From NCBI GenBank assembly GCA_043800705.1, contig JAZDMS010000034.1, positions 13,831 through 77,830 on the forward strand: a stretch of DNA of 64,000 bases, given 5' to 3'. The stretch comes from Candidatus Altiarchaeota archaeon (GTDB lineage: Archaea > Altiarchaeota > Altiarchaeia > IMC4 > SCGC-AAA252-I15). The first letter of the stretch is position 1. Each line of letters starts with the position of its first letter. Below the pieces are notes generated by a model. The model was not told the DNA's origin. It worked only from the letters and a program-made list of their open reading frames with translations, and did not search any database. This document shows, one piece after another, positions 9,968-20,056 of this stretch. Position numbers and translations under genes: made by a program.

Positions 9968-11006
9968 TGGCCCTGAAGATGTCTCCACAGTAGATAGCGC
10001 TCGGTATCACTTCGCAGCCCGCCCAGCATCCAGGGCATTCGCGAACGACCTTCCTCTGCGTCTGTATCTCTTTGCCGAACCATATCTCGTCCAGCCCCTG
10101 CCTAAGCAGGTTGCCGACGATCGCAGGATGGTAAAGGCATACGGGAACGTCCCCATCGGGGAGAATCCGTATGTGCGCACCCAATGCGGCGCATTCCGGG
10201 TTCGGCTTCGAGACCCCCTTGAGTATGCGGTTCTCCAGGCCCGAGAGGTAGTATCTCTTGACCATCCTCTCCTTGAAGTCCGGTATCCGGTGCGCCGACC
10301 TCATCTTCCCGATGATCGCTGCAGCCTCCTTTTTCCCGTAGCGGTTGTAGGCTTCCGTTATGTTCCCCCCATCGGCCCCGTACAGGGGGCAGAAGTCGTA
10401 GGCCAATACCTGATGTAGACCGACGCCGAGTCCGTCGCAGAGGGTGCGCATCCCGTCGGTCAGCTGGTCTGGATTCACGATCGTCTGGTCTATCCCAAGG
10501 TAGAATCCCAGCTTCTCCCTCAGTCGGGAGAGCTCCTTCAGCGTCGAATGCGCCCGATCGAACGCGCCTTCGATCCCGCGCAAACGGTCGTGGCGCTGGT
10601 CTGGGTAGTCCAGGCTGATCTTTACGTGGAGGTTGTCCGTCCTCTTCAGGGACTTGACGGTATCCACGATCTTCGATGTGAGAAGGCCGTTGGAGGTGAT
10701 GTGGACCATCCCCGGCCGGATTATGCTGTCGGCCGCGTCTATGATCTGCCCTATGTCCGGGCGCAGGAACGGCTCGCCGCCGGTCAGCCGGAGGGCATCT
10801 AGCCGCCCCAGTTTTGAAAAGACGGAGCTTATCTGGCCGAGGTCCATCTCGGAGGAGGATTTCTTCCTCCAGATGTCGCACATCACGCATCTGGCGTTGC
10901 ACCTCCATGAAACGATGAACGTGCAGAAAGACGGCCTTCTCCTTAGCCCCAACCTCGAAGCCGCGATGGAATGGAGCACCGATGACCCGCCCGACAACCC
11001 GACCAT
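9960..11006 (-). CDS. Radical SAM protein with SPASM/twitch domain
   Basis: CNARCVMC, LTGGEPFLR, C-terminal PDGDVPVC and CPGCWAGC. Confidence 0.88.
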   Translation of the reverse strand: MVGLSGGSSVLHSIAASRLGLRRRPSFCTFIVSWRCNARCVMCDIWRKKSSSEMDLGQISSVFSKLGRLDALRLTGGEPFLRPDIGQIIDAADSIIRPGMVHITSNGLLTSKIVDTVKSLKRTDNLHVKISLDYPDQRHDRLRGIEGAFDRAHSTLKELSRLREKLGFYLGIDQTIVNPDQLTDGMRTLCDGLGVGLHQVLAYDFCPLYGADGGNITEAYNRYGKKEAAAIIGKMRSAHRIPDFKERMVKRYYLSGLENRILKGVSKPNPECAALGAHIRILPDGDVPVCLYHPAIVGNLLRQGLDEIWFGKEIQTQRKVVRECPGCWAGCEVIPSAIYCGDIFRAII

Positions 11007-11050
11007 GCTTAATTAACCCCCGCTGACATATTTCCTATTTACCGGTTAAA

Positions 11051-13393
11051 ATGAAGGTAAACGGCCGTAAAAAAAGAAAAGATGCCGCCTCGGGGCGGGA
11101 TTACGCGCGGGTGGCTTCATTGCTGATGGTCGCAGCTGCGATAGCGTTCAACCTGTACATCACACTGCCGCTCATGTCCTTCGGCCTCAACGACGCCGGC
11201 GACGACGGCTATCACATATCCCAGGCCTATTACCTCAAGAAGATGATCGTCGAAGACCATACCATCTTCGGGGTCGTGAACGCGCAAGGCGCAGGATACC
11301 CCTGGAACAACAACCACCAGTTCCTCATGTACCTCACCGAAGCGCTGATAAACATCATCTCGTTCGACCGGATATCCCTCATATTCGCGCACAAGGGGCT
11401 CCTTGTGGTCTTCTACTCGTTCTACCCGGCGGGGGTCTATTTCCTTCTTCGGAAGTTCAGGCAGGCCCCGCTGGTTTGCGGCCTAGGAGCCCTGCTCGCC
11501 CCCCTACCCATCTCGGGATGGGGGCATACGACGAACGCATATTTTGTGATCGGCCTGTCTTCCCAGGCTATGGGGGCGTTCATGTTCCCGTTCGCCTTGG
11601 GCAGCTTCCATGAGGCGCTGACCGAAGGCAAAGGGCAAAGGAGGGCTGGACTCCTTTACATACTCACCCTTTTCGCCCACCCATATTACGGATTCTTCCT
11701 GTGCTTCCTGAGCGTCGTCGATCTTGCGATCCAGCTAGCAAGAAGGAGCATGGATGAGATGCTTTCGATCGTCAGGAACGCCGCCTATGCGGGGGTAATC
11801 GGGCTCCTTCTGGGCGCCTTCTGGCTCGTGCCGCTGCCGACCGCCCTCGAATACGTCCCGAGGGCCATACACATGCAGACCGCAAGGACAGCCTTCTCGC
11901 CGATGATGGAGGCGAAGGCATTCATCGGCGGCGAGCTCCTGGATGTGTCGAACAACTTCGGAGGACCGAAGGACAAGAACCTCAGATGGCCGGTCAACAC
12001 GGGGAGGGGGCGGCTTCCGATACTTACTGCGCTCACGATCATCGGGCTCGGATATGCGCTCGTAAGGAGGGACCGCTTCAGCATATTCTGCCTCCTCGTC
12101 TTCGGCATGTCGATGGTCCTCATGATCGGGGAGAGCGGGCTTTCAACCCTGGAGTATCTGCCTTTCGCAGACCATGCGAACCCGAAAAGGTTCATCTTCG
12201 TCTTCGACCTGTTCGCGGTGCTTCTATCGGCCCAGGCGCTGCACATGATACTTGACAAGTCGTTCGGTTTCTTAACAAGGTACGTCAACAACATCGCCGC
12301 CTTCGCGGTCTGCGGGATGCTCCTTGCGGTGGTGGTATACACGCCCTACAACGAGCGGATGCTCTCCGCAAAGAAGGACGTGAACCTGATATCGTATTGG
12401 CTGCCTAGCTTCGAAAAGATACGGAATGCCATCGACTCGGACGGATTGGACGGGAGGATGTATGGCGACGGGGAGACGGGGGTCAATACCGCGCCCATAA
12501 TCTTCTCCCAGTCGTGGCTCCTTGACAATCCCTACATGCGCAGGATCTATGTGACAAGGTTCTACGGGAACCTGATGGACTACCCCAACATATTCCGCCT
12601 GTTTAACATAAGATACATGCTCATGGGCGCAGGCCAGAAATTGACAGACGTGATGGAGCCCATGACAGAACAGCTCTACAAGGACAGGCTCTACAGGCTG
12701 TACAGGGTCGACGGAGACTTCGGATACCTGTCTATGAACCACAAGAAGCCGGCGCTCGTTGCGACTAGCGAGGAGGGATGGAGGGAGATCTCTGAGACCT
12801 GGATAAGATACTACAAGAACGCATCCAACCCGGACCACATGCCCCTGCTTGTCCAATACGGCGGCCCGGACGTCTCCGCAGAGGATTATTCGCAGCTTAT
12901 CCTCTACGACAGGACCGTAGAACCATCGGTGTATTCCGGATTCGGGAACAGGACCCTCGTAACCACCGTCCTCAACACTCTTGTGAAGGCGGCGATAAAG
13001 GACTCGAAAAAGGGCAAGGTATCCGACAGTATAGACGTCGTATCCCACAAAGGCCAGTCGATCAGGGCGAACGTCGAGAGCGACGGGGGGCTCCTCGTCT
13101 TGAAATACACATACCACCCCAACTGGAGGGCATACGTGGACGGCAGGGAAGAGAAGACCATGCAGGCATCTCCTGAGTTCCCCGCCGTATTCCTGAGCCC
13201 CGGAAGGCACGAAGTCGAGTTCAGATACGAGAAGGCCCCGTGGCAGAAGGCCCTCGACATGGTCTCTGCGCTCACGCTGCTTTTCGTCCTAATCCCGTCC
13301 TGGGCGCTGGATAGGGCTTCTTCGGGGCTGATGAAGAGGCTGAGGGGGAGACGCCCACCCCGTTTGCCAAAACCAGGGAGGAAAAGGCCCTAA
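11051..13393 (+). CDS. Multi-pass GT-C-like membrane protein with YfhO-like C-terminus
   Basis: Many TM helices; C-terminal YHPNWRAYVDG ... PGRHEVEFRY, typical of YfhO-like proteins. Confidence 0.7.
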   Translation: MKVNGRKKRKDAASGRDYARVASLLMVAAAIAFNLYITLPLMSFGLNDAGDDGYHISQAYYLKKMIVEDHTIFGVVNAQGAGYPWNNNHQFLMYLTEALINIISFDRISLIFAHKGLLVVFYSFYPAGVYFLLRKFRQAPLVCGLGALLAPLPISGWGHTTNAYFVIGLSSQAMGAFMFPFALGSFHEALTEGKGQRRAGLLYILTLFAHPYYGFFLCFLSVVDLAIQLARRSMDEMLSIVRNAAYAGVIGLLLGAFWLVPLPTALEYVPRAIHMQTARTAFSPMMEAKAFIGGELLDVSNNFGGPKDKNLRWPVNTGRGRLPILTALTIIGLGYALVRRDRFSIFCLLVFGMSMVLMIGESGLSTLEYLPFADHANPKRFIFVFDLFAVLLSAQALHMILDKSFGFLTRYVNNIAAFAVCGMLLAVVVYTPYNERMLSAKKDVNLISYWLPSFEKIRNAIDSDGLDGRMYGDGETGVNTAPIIFSQSWLLDNPYMRRIYVTRFYGNLMDYPNIFRLFNIRYMLMGAGQKLTDVMEPMTEQLYKDRLYRLYRVDGDFGYLSMNHKKPALVATSEEGWREISETWIRYYKNASNPDHMPLLVQYGGPDVSAEDYSQLILYDRTVEPSVYSGFGNRTLVTTVLNTLVKAAIKDSKKGKVSDSIDVVSHKGQSIRANVESDGGLLVLKYTYHPNWRAYVDGREEKTMQASPEFPAVFLSPGRHEVEFRYEKAPWQKALDMVSALTLLFVLIPSWALDRASSGLMKRLRGRRPPRLPKPGRKRP

Positions 13394-13425
13394 TTATGGC
13401 AATTTGCCAATAGGTTTATCCCACC

Positions 13426-14118
13426 ATGAAAGCATCCGTGATTGTCCCGACCTACAACGAAGCCAACAACCTAAGAAGCCTCGTCAAGAGAATCGCTGCG
13501 GCAGCAGATGTCGAGATCATCGTCGTCGACGACGCAAGCCCCGACGGCACAGGGAACGTGGCGGACGAGCTGGCGAGGAAGTACCAGCTGAAGGTGATCC
13601 ATCGTAGCGGGAAACTGGGCTTGGCGTCTGCGATAATCGAGGGGTTGAAGGCGGCATCCTGCGACATAGTGGGTGTCATAGACGCGGACCTAAGCCATCC
13701 GCCGGAACTCTTACCGAGGCTGATCGAGCCCATTATGTCTGGTAAGGCTGACCTGGTCCTCGCAAGCAGATACGCGGACGGCGGCGGCGAGGAGAACTGG
13801 CCGTTCTGGCGAAAGATTACCTCCCGCGGCGCGGTCATGCTCGCAAGGCCGCTGACGCCGCTTCGGGACTCGATGACCGGATACTTTTTCATGAGGAAGT
13901 CCGTTATAGACGGGGTGCCCTTGGATGCGGTCGGATTCAAGATCTGCCTCGAGGTGCAGGTGAAGGGGAAATACAACAAGGCTGTCGAGGTCCCCTACAC
14001 GTTCCACAACCGGAAGCTGGGGAAGAGCAAACTGAACTCGAAGGAGTACACGAACTACATCAGGCACCTGATAAAGCTCTACATGTACAGGCTGAGGGGC
14101 GCAAGACGCGCGGCGTGA
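13426..14118 (+). CDS. Polyprenol-phosphate mannose synthase-like GT2 (Dpm1-like)
   Basis: VPTYNE, VVDDASPDGT, DADLSHPP, ASRY, GKSKL. Confidence 0.88.
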   Translation: MKASVIVPTYNEANNLRSLVKRIAAAADVEIIVVDDASPDGTGNVADELARKYQLKVIHRSGKLGLASAIIEGLKAASCDIVGVIDADLSHPPELLPRLIEPIMSGKADLVLASRYADGGGEENWPFWRKITSRGAVMLARPLTPLRDSMTGYFFMRKSVIDGVPLDAVGFKICLEVQVKGKYNKAVEVPYTFHNRKLGKSKLNSKEYTNYIRHLIKLYMYRLRGARRAA

Positions 14119-14162
14119 TGGGAACGGCATTATTATTTACCTATTTGCCCCTATCTTAAGGG

Positions 14163-14846
14163 ATGGACGACGCCGGAGCGGTCTGGAGCAAGCATTGGTA
14201 CGAGCTGAAGCACGGCAGGTCCTTCCACGGCGGGCTCTTCAGCCTCTACAGGTTTCACATCAGGGCCAGGGCTGTCAACAGGTACCTGGACAGGCATTTT
14301 CCAAAAGACGGCGTCCTCGTGGAGTGCGGCTCCGGCTCCTCCCAGACATCGGCCAGGATCGTGAAGCGCGCAAGGAGGCTCTTCGCCATGGACATATCCT
14401 CCGTAGCATTGGACGAGGCGCGCCAGATGAAGGTGCTCGACGGCCTGGTCAGGGCCGACATAAATAACCTCCCCTTCAAGGACGGGTCGCTGGACGGAGT
14501 GTGGAATCTCGGAGTCATCGAACACTACGGCATGGAAGAGATCCGCGCCGCCCTGGGGGAATTCCACCGCGTCATGAAGGGTGGCGGGACCCTCATGATG
14601 TTCTGGCCGAGCAGGATCGCCCTCGACCGCGCCGTCTTCATGGTCCTAGAGTTCTTCATCAACCTCTACGCCGGAAACGACTTCAGGTTCTTCCCGGACG
14701 AGCCAAGCAGGCTGAAGTCGAAAGATGAGGGAAAGGCTATAATGGGCAAGGCCGGCTTCTCCGACTGCGAGGTTCATTTCCCTGTTTGGGACATGTTCAC
14801 GGAATACGTCGTCATCTGCAGGAAACCGTCAACCGAACAGGATTAG
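14163..14846 (+). CDS. Class I SAM-dependent methyltransferase
   Basis: VECGSGS, LPFKDGSLD, GVIEH, RVMKGGG. Confidence 0.82.
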   Translation: MDDAGAVWSKHWYELKHGRSFHGGLFSLYRFHIRARAVNRYLDRHFPKDGVLVECGSGSSQTSARIVKRARRLFAMDISSVALDEARQMKVLDGLVRADINNLPFKDGSLDGVWNLGVIEHYGMEEIRAALGEFHRVMKGGGTLMMFWPSRIALDRAVFMVLEFFINLYAGNDFRFFPDEPSRLKSKDEGKAIMGKAGFSDCEVHFPVWDMFTEYVVICRKPSTEQD

Positions 14847-15971
14847 GGCGGCGTTGAGGACGAAGCCGTAGCTTATCAGGGCCGCATATGACCAGCTTCG
14901 CAGTATGCTGTCCCGGATCCTCGAGACTCCGTAGAACAGCAGGCCGAACCATGCCATGGATGGGACGTAGAGGTATCTGCCGATGCTGTAGACGTCCCTG
15001 AAGTTGGTATACACGAACATGGAGATGGAAAGGGCTAGCCAGACGCCCATGTAGGCCAGCATCCTGTCGCGGGATGCGTAATAAGCCAGGATCGGCAGGA
15101 TAAGGAGCGCCGCATACGCGAAGACGAGCCTAAGCCCCAGGCTGATCGGCACCACAGACGCCAGATACGACAGGTAGTCCATGAACCGGTAAAGCATGTG
15201 CACCCCGAAGTTGACCCCGCCCCATTCGGACATGACGACGGACCTGGAGAGGATGACGCGGGAGATGTAGACGAAAGGCAGGACCAACGCCGCGAAAGGG
15301 ACGACCTTCAGGTCCGACGAAACCGGCCTCAACCCGCCCCTGCGCTCCAAGAGGACATAGTATGCGAAGATTATCGGCACTGCGAACACGGTTATCTCCT
15401 TTGTCAGTACGCCGACTGCGAACGCCGCGACTGAAAGCGCGTAATACGTCCGGGACCCCGTCTTGGAGTGCCTAACGTACATGAGGAGCGTCGTAGCGAA
15501 AAACAGCCCGGTCAGGCCGTGTGTTATCGCCGCCGATATCCAGGAGAATGTCTGATAGTTTGGGAAGAAGACGGCAAAGCTCGCTGCCGCTCCGAAGGAC
15601 GGCAGGAATTTCCCTGTCAGCTCGTGCATGAGAAGGAATAGGACGATGGCGGATGATGCGTGGATCGCCATCCCCAAGGCGTAATACCAGTAGGGTTCAT
15701 TGTCGACTGCCTTAACCATCGCAGCCCATACGAGCGTCTGGACCGGCTGGTAGTAGGTGCTCGGCGTGTATCCCGTGTTCTGCGTGTAGTCTAAGGCCTT
15801 CCAGAGCGTGTTCCTTGCCTTAGCCTCACCGTACCATTGGCCGTTGTCGAAGTCGCCGAATCCGAGCGACAGGTGCGGACTGAACAGGGCGGCGACCAGC
15901 AATACGAGGGCTATGCATAGCCCGGCCGTCAGAAGCGCGTGCCGCTGCTTTTCCTTTCCATTTTTTGCCAT
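14829..15971 (-). CDS. Integral membrane protein, GT-C/ArnT-like
   Basis: YYQPV, LTKE and RYLYVP motifs as in GT-C (PMT/TMTC-like) proteins; about 10 TM helices. Confidence 0.65.
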   Translation of the reverse strand: MAKNGKEKQRHALLTAGLCIALVLLVAALFSPHLSLGFGDFDNGQWYGEAKARNTLWKALDYTQNTGYTPSTYYQPVQTLVWAAMVKAVDNEPYWYYALGMAIHASSAIVLFLLMHELTGKFLPSFGAAASFAVFFPNYQTFSWISAAITHGLTGLFFATTLLMYVRHSKTGSRTYYALSVAAFAVGVLTKEITVFAVPIIFAYYVLLERRGGLRPVSSDLKVVPFAALVLPFVYISRVILSRSVVMSEWGGVNFGVHMLYRFMDYLSYLASVVPISLGLRLVFAYAALLILPILAYYASRDRMLAYMGVWLALSISMFVYTNFRDVYSIGRYLYVPSMAWFGLLFYGVSRIRDSILRSWSYAALISYGFVLNAALILFG

Positions 15972-15972
15972 C

Positions 15973-16845
15973 TCAAACGCCCTCCGTCTTCGCGTCGAAG
16001 CAGTAATGCCGTCTCTCGTCGTTGTCGGCGGAAACTCTGAACCTGATCTCGGAATCCTCCGAAGAGTATGCGGAGGTGTCGAATGATGCCCCGACCCATC
16101 CCGGCTTGTCCGGGTTCGTCAACTTCCCGAGCGCCGTTCCTGACACAGACACCTCGAGGTAGACCGTTCCCCCGGTTGTGCCTACCTTGTCGTCCGCCAC
16201 TGCCGAAGAGACCGTCAAACGGTTCCCGAGGCGGACGCCGCTGAAGACGAGTTCTATCGTCGTGCCGTTCCTAGGATGCACGAACATGCAAAGCCTACTT
16301 TGGCCGCCGGAGGTGACGACCTTCCGTTCGATCTTCTGCCAGTACTCGGTGTAGCAGTCCCTGCTGAGGGCCCCCTTAGTGAACCCGCATCTTCTCGTGC
16401 CCGATGCGGAGATCATATAGATCGAGGGGTCGGCGGCGATGAGGCTCCCCTGCCTCTGTGCCTTGGAGCCGACTGCAGCCGCCTTCCTCACGAGGATGCC
16501 CTGCACATTCTGGGAGTACACGGCCTGGTATCCCTGCGGCAGCGGGTTCTCGTCCAGTGTCAAGAGCCAGTATGATTCGCAGCCGCGGCATTCGCTCAGG
16601 TTGAAGCCCCCGAACCTTCCGAGGTCCGTCGCGTAGTTGTAAAGCCAGCCGGGGTCGAATGCTATGGGTTCGCCGCCGTAGCCGGAGGCTGACATGACCG
16701 ACTTCGCCTGATCCCATGCCTGCCCCCCAGGCTTGTTAAGGAATATCCCGAAGTTCTTGAGATATGCTGCGCCAAGGACAGCATATACTGCAAGGGACAG
16801 GATCAGGATCGTCCACGCAGTCTTGGCGCTGAGCTGTTTTTTCAT
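15973..16845 (-). CDS. Membrane-anchored protein with one C-terminal Cys/AHP domain
   Basis: N-terminal TM helix; CMFVHP ... RRHYCFDA domain shared with neighbouring ORFs. ATGA overlap with the upstream gene gives start 16845. Confidence 0.7.
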   Translation of the reverse strand: MKKQLSAKTAWTILILSLAVYAVLGAAYLKNFGIFLNKPGGQAWDQAKSVMSASGYGGEPIAFDPGWLYNYATDLGRFGGFNLSECRGCESYWLLTLDENPLPQGYQAVYSQNVQGILVRKAAAVGSKAQRQGSLIAADPSIYMISASGTRRCGFTKGALSRDCYTEYWQKIERKVVTSGGQSRLCMFVHPRNGTTIELVFSGVRLGNRLTVSSAVADDKVGTTGGTVYLEVSVSGTALGKLTNPDKPGWVGASFDTSAYSSEDSEIRFRVSADNDERRHYCFDAKTEGV

Positions 16846-19403
16846 TTTAGGTAGGCGTTGAAAAAGAAGTGGGCCCACCTGTCGCTTCGGGCCTTCGTCT
16901 CGAATGTTATGTTCGCGGGACCTCGCGGGAGGCTGGTGAGCTCAAAACTGGTCCAGCCTTCGCGTTTCCAAAGCGTGTCGGACAAGACCCGTTTCCCGTT
17001 CACATAGACGGTGAAGGTTGTGTCGGTCCCCTGCGGCATCTCCTTCAGGGCGACGTCGTCGAATCCAAAGAAGCCTTCGAGCGCTCCACGGGATGGCACG
17101 TTGAAGTATTCGATACGCTTCGTCTTCCCGGCATGGGGGTGGACCCATAGGACATCCTCGTATATTCCCCCGTTCGAGGCGTATGTCCTTGCGTAGGTCC
17201 TCCAGATGGCGTTCTTCCTGGCTAGGTCGGGTTCGCAGTCCCATCGCTCATACAGCTTGAGGCTCTGGAAGGGCGGCGCCTTCTCGGCGTGCGGGTATAT
17301 GGAGTCGTTCTGCCAGATGCCGCATGCGGCAGAATCCCCCTTTTCGTCTATGAGGGAGACCTTCGCCAGCCCTATGTTGCGGAAGAAGTAGTCGTCCGAG
17401 GCGAGGAGGCGCTCATCGGAGACCTCTGCGTTGAAGCACAGGTGCCTCTTCTCGTCGTAGTCCGTGTATATCCTGAAGCTGACGCCTTTTCTGCCGGCAT
17501 ACGCAGACGTGTCGACCGTGTATGCGAAGTATCCCGGAACGCTCGGTATGATGACTCTGTCTATCATCTGGGCGCCCGCCAGGACGTCGACGTAGCAGGG
17601 GGACATCAAATGTTCCTCAGCCACGAAACCGTCCTCGATGCCGGCCCAGACCGTGAGGCTTTCGCGGAGGGTTTCGTCCTTGTAGGCGATCTCCACTGTC
17701 TGGTTCTGCCTCGGATGCGCGAAGATGCACTCCCTCTCCTGAGCGCCTACCTGCAGGCTGACGACGTCGATGTTCTGCCAGTATTCCCCGAAGCACTGCT
17801 GAGCGTTCTCTGCCCGCCGGCAGTCGATTGTCCTGCCGTTTTCTATCAGGTTCACGCCGGCTTGTTTGAATTTTCCAGACAGCAGGTCCGTCGGCTTGAT
17901 TTTCTTCAGCTCATGGACGTACACGCCGTCCATAGCCCAAGTCCTTGTGAATCGGAAGACTTCCTTGAATTTCTCCGTTTTCGTCGGCCAGTCATCGTCG
18001 TCGTGTATGAGTATTATGTTGTCGGCATTTGGCAGCCTGACGTCCTTGAGGCTCTCATACGCCCGGACCTTTTTGCCGTCGAGGTACAGCTTGCTGAACG
18101 CGTCCTGGAACCTCCAGCCGTGGACGACGACTATCTCCTGTCCGTCGTATATCCCGTTCACTATCTGGCCGGCATCCTTCCAGTCTGGGAAGGCGAGCCC
18201 CTGGAAGAAAACACAGAAGAAAGCGGAATAGGATACGATGAGGAATGCGGTCGCGACATTCAGGACCCATTTGAACCGTATCCTGGGCAGGGCGTTGGCG
18301 GCAAGGAATACGATGATAGGGGCTGCGAGGATGAAGTATCGCAGGCGGACTATGGTGTATTTAGACGCTATGAAGCCCCCGACCAGGGTGATTATCGCCT
18401 GCAGAATGAGGAGGCGCGCGAAGCCGTTTCGGACATTGGATATGATGCCATATGCCGCCAGGATGAGAAGCAGACACATGAAGGCCTGCCGCCATACCCC
18501 CTCTACGCTGTCAAGGAGGAGTATGTGATTGGACACTGCCCGGTAATAGTCTGCGATCTCCTTCAGGCTCAGCTGCCCGACGTCCAGGCCCTTGGCCCCC
18601 CCGGACTGGCTCGTGGTCAGGTGCTGCTGGGCCTTACCGAGCTGATACGAGACCGGGGCCGAGACGATAAGGATGATGACCGCAGGTATGATGAATTTTT
18701 TCAGGCTCATCCTGCGCAAGACGATGAGGGAGAGGGAGTAGACGGAGTATCCGAGGACTACCCCGAAACCCGGCAGACAGATTCCGGGCAGTATGGCCGC
18801 CGACAGGCCCCACAGGAGCTGATGCTTCAGCGACCCGGTCTGCCTGAACCTGATGAAGAACACATACGACAGGAGCGACAGGAATGCGAAGACCATCCAA
18901 TACTTCGGATCGAAGACAAACCAGACCACGAGCGGATTCAACGCGACCAGGAACGAGGACAGGAGCGCGCCGAAGCGGCTGCCGAACGTCAGCATCGAGG
19001 CACGGTACGTCGCGACTATGAGCCCCATATAGCACATGAAAAGGAGCGACCTGATGGAAACGCCCCCCATGCCGAAAAAGGCGGTCCAACCCTTCAGGAT
19101 CAGGAAGTAGACGGGCGGCTGGTCCGCCCAGACCTCCTGGTTGATGAGCTTTCCAACCGGGTTCGTGGAGATGTTGACGTACTCCATACCCTCATGGAAT
19201 GACATGAAGACCTTCGCGTTCCATACGACGAGGGCACCGATGAATAGGATGGCAATCAAGGCCTTGTCACGGGGCACGAGGCCGAGTATCAGCCCATTGG
19301 CTTCCGGCGTCTTTGGCGAAGCGGCACCTGCCGCAGCCTGATCTGTCGAGGTATCCGCGTTCGCCGTTTTCTTCGTTTGTTGCGTCTTTCGATGAATTTT
19401 CAA
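16842..19403 (-). CDS. GT-C (ArnT/PMT-like) membrane protein with two C-terminal Cys/AHP domains
   Basis: DQPPVYF motif, TM-rich N-terminal half, RYF; C-terminal CIFAHP...RHLCFNA and LWVHP...HFFFNA repeats. Confidence 0.72.
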   Translation of the reverse strand: MKIHRKTQQTKKTANADTSTDQAAAGAASPKTPEANGLILGLVPRDKALIAILFIGALVVWNAKVFMSFHEGMEYVNISTNPVGKLINQEVWADQPPVYFLILKGWTAFFGMGGVSIRSLLFMCYMGLIVATYRASMLTFGSRFGALLSSFLVALNPLVVWFVFDPKYWMVFAFLSLLSYVFFIRFRQTGSLKHQLLWGLSAAILPGICLPGFGVVLGYSVYSLSLIVLRRMSLKKFIIPAVIILIVSAPVSYQLGKAQQHLTTSQSGGAKGLDVGQLSLKEIADYYRAVSNHILLLDSVEGVWRQAFMCLLLILAAYGIISNVRNGFARLLILQAIITLVGGFIASKYTIVRLRYFILAAPIIVFLAANALPRIRFKWVLNVATAFLIVSYSAFFCVFFQGLAFPDWKDAGQIVNGIYDGQEIVVVHGWRFQDAFSKLYLDGKKVRAYESLKDVRLPNADNIILIHDDDDWPTKTEKFKEVFRFTRTWAMDGVYVHELKKIKPTDLLSGKFKQAGVNLIENGRTIDCRRAENAQQCFGEYWQNIDVVSLQVGAQERECIFAHPRQNQTVEIAYKDETLRESLTVWAGIEDGFVAEEHLMSPCYVDVLAGAQMIDRVIIPSVPGYFAYTVDTSAYAGRKGVSFRIYTDYDEKRHLCFNAEVSDERLLASDDYFFRNIGLAKVSLIDEKGDSAACGIWQNDSIYPHAEKAPPFQSLKLYERWDCEPDLARKNAIWRTYARTYASNGGIYEDVLWVHPHAGKTKRIEYFNVPSRGALEGFFGFDDVALKEMPQGTDTTFTVYVNGKRVLSDTLWKREGWTSFELTSLPRGPANITFETKARSDRWAHFFFNAYLK

Positions 19404-19453
19404 GCTAGGCTGTAGGTTATTAACGATTCAGGTTTTATATCTCAAACAAAACA

Positions 19454-20056
19454 ATGGAGCCCGACAAATCCCTGGAAAAAATGCTGTACATCGTCGCAGT
19501 GTGCGCGTTATTCGCCTACATGTACTTCAACCTGAACGATATGAGGGCGCAGAAGGTCTATGAGATCGGCTCAGCAGCGGATGGCTCCTTTTCCGCATCC
19601 GACCTTATCCTGCAGGCGAAGGTCGCCGCGGGGGGAGAAAGTGGGTACGCTATTTGTCAGCCTTCCCCTAGCGGGGACATACGCAGGTGCGGGCCCGGCG
19701 ATTGGAGCTACGTCGGCGCCACGGCGAAGAAGATGGCCGGCACTCTCAGAAAATGCGTGTGGGCGCACCCCATATCGGGCAAGACCATCAGGATAACGTT
19801 CGAAGACGCAAATGTCGGGGATTCCATCGGCGGTTTCTACGGACTCTCCGACGGCTCGGAACTGGACAATCCGGGGACCGTAAACTTTACCATGTCGGTC
19901 GGCGGAAAGACCGTCTTCGATGGGGCGGCCGCCTATGCGGGGGCGCAGGAGTTCACGGTGGACACGGAACCCGGAAGGCAGACCGTGGAATTCAAGGTCT
20001 TTACAGACAACGACAGGCGGCGCTACTTCTGCTTCGACGCCTCAAGCAGCGGCTAG
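19454..20056 (+). CDS. Membrane-anchored protein with one Cys/AHP domain
   Basis: N-terminal TM helix; RKCVWAHP ... DNDRRRYFCFDA. Confidence 0.7.
   Translation: MEPDKSLEKMLYIVAVCALFAYMYFNLNDMRAQKVYEIGSAADGSFSASDLILQAKVAAGGESGYAICQPSPSGDIRRCGPGDWSYVGATAKKMAGTLRKCVWAHPISGKTIRITFEDANVGDSIGGFYGLSDGSELDNPGTVNFTMSVGGKTVFDGAAAYAGAQEFTVDTEPGRQTVEFKVFTDNDRRRYFCFDASSSG

Noticed and set aside
17289-19202. 637-aa + strand ORF
   Set aside because: Entirely antisense to the GT-C gene and without motifs; typical of GC-rich codon bias.
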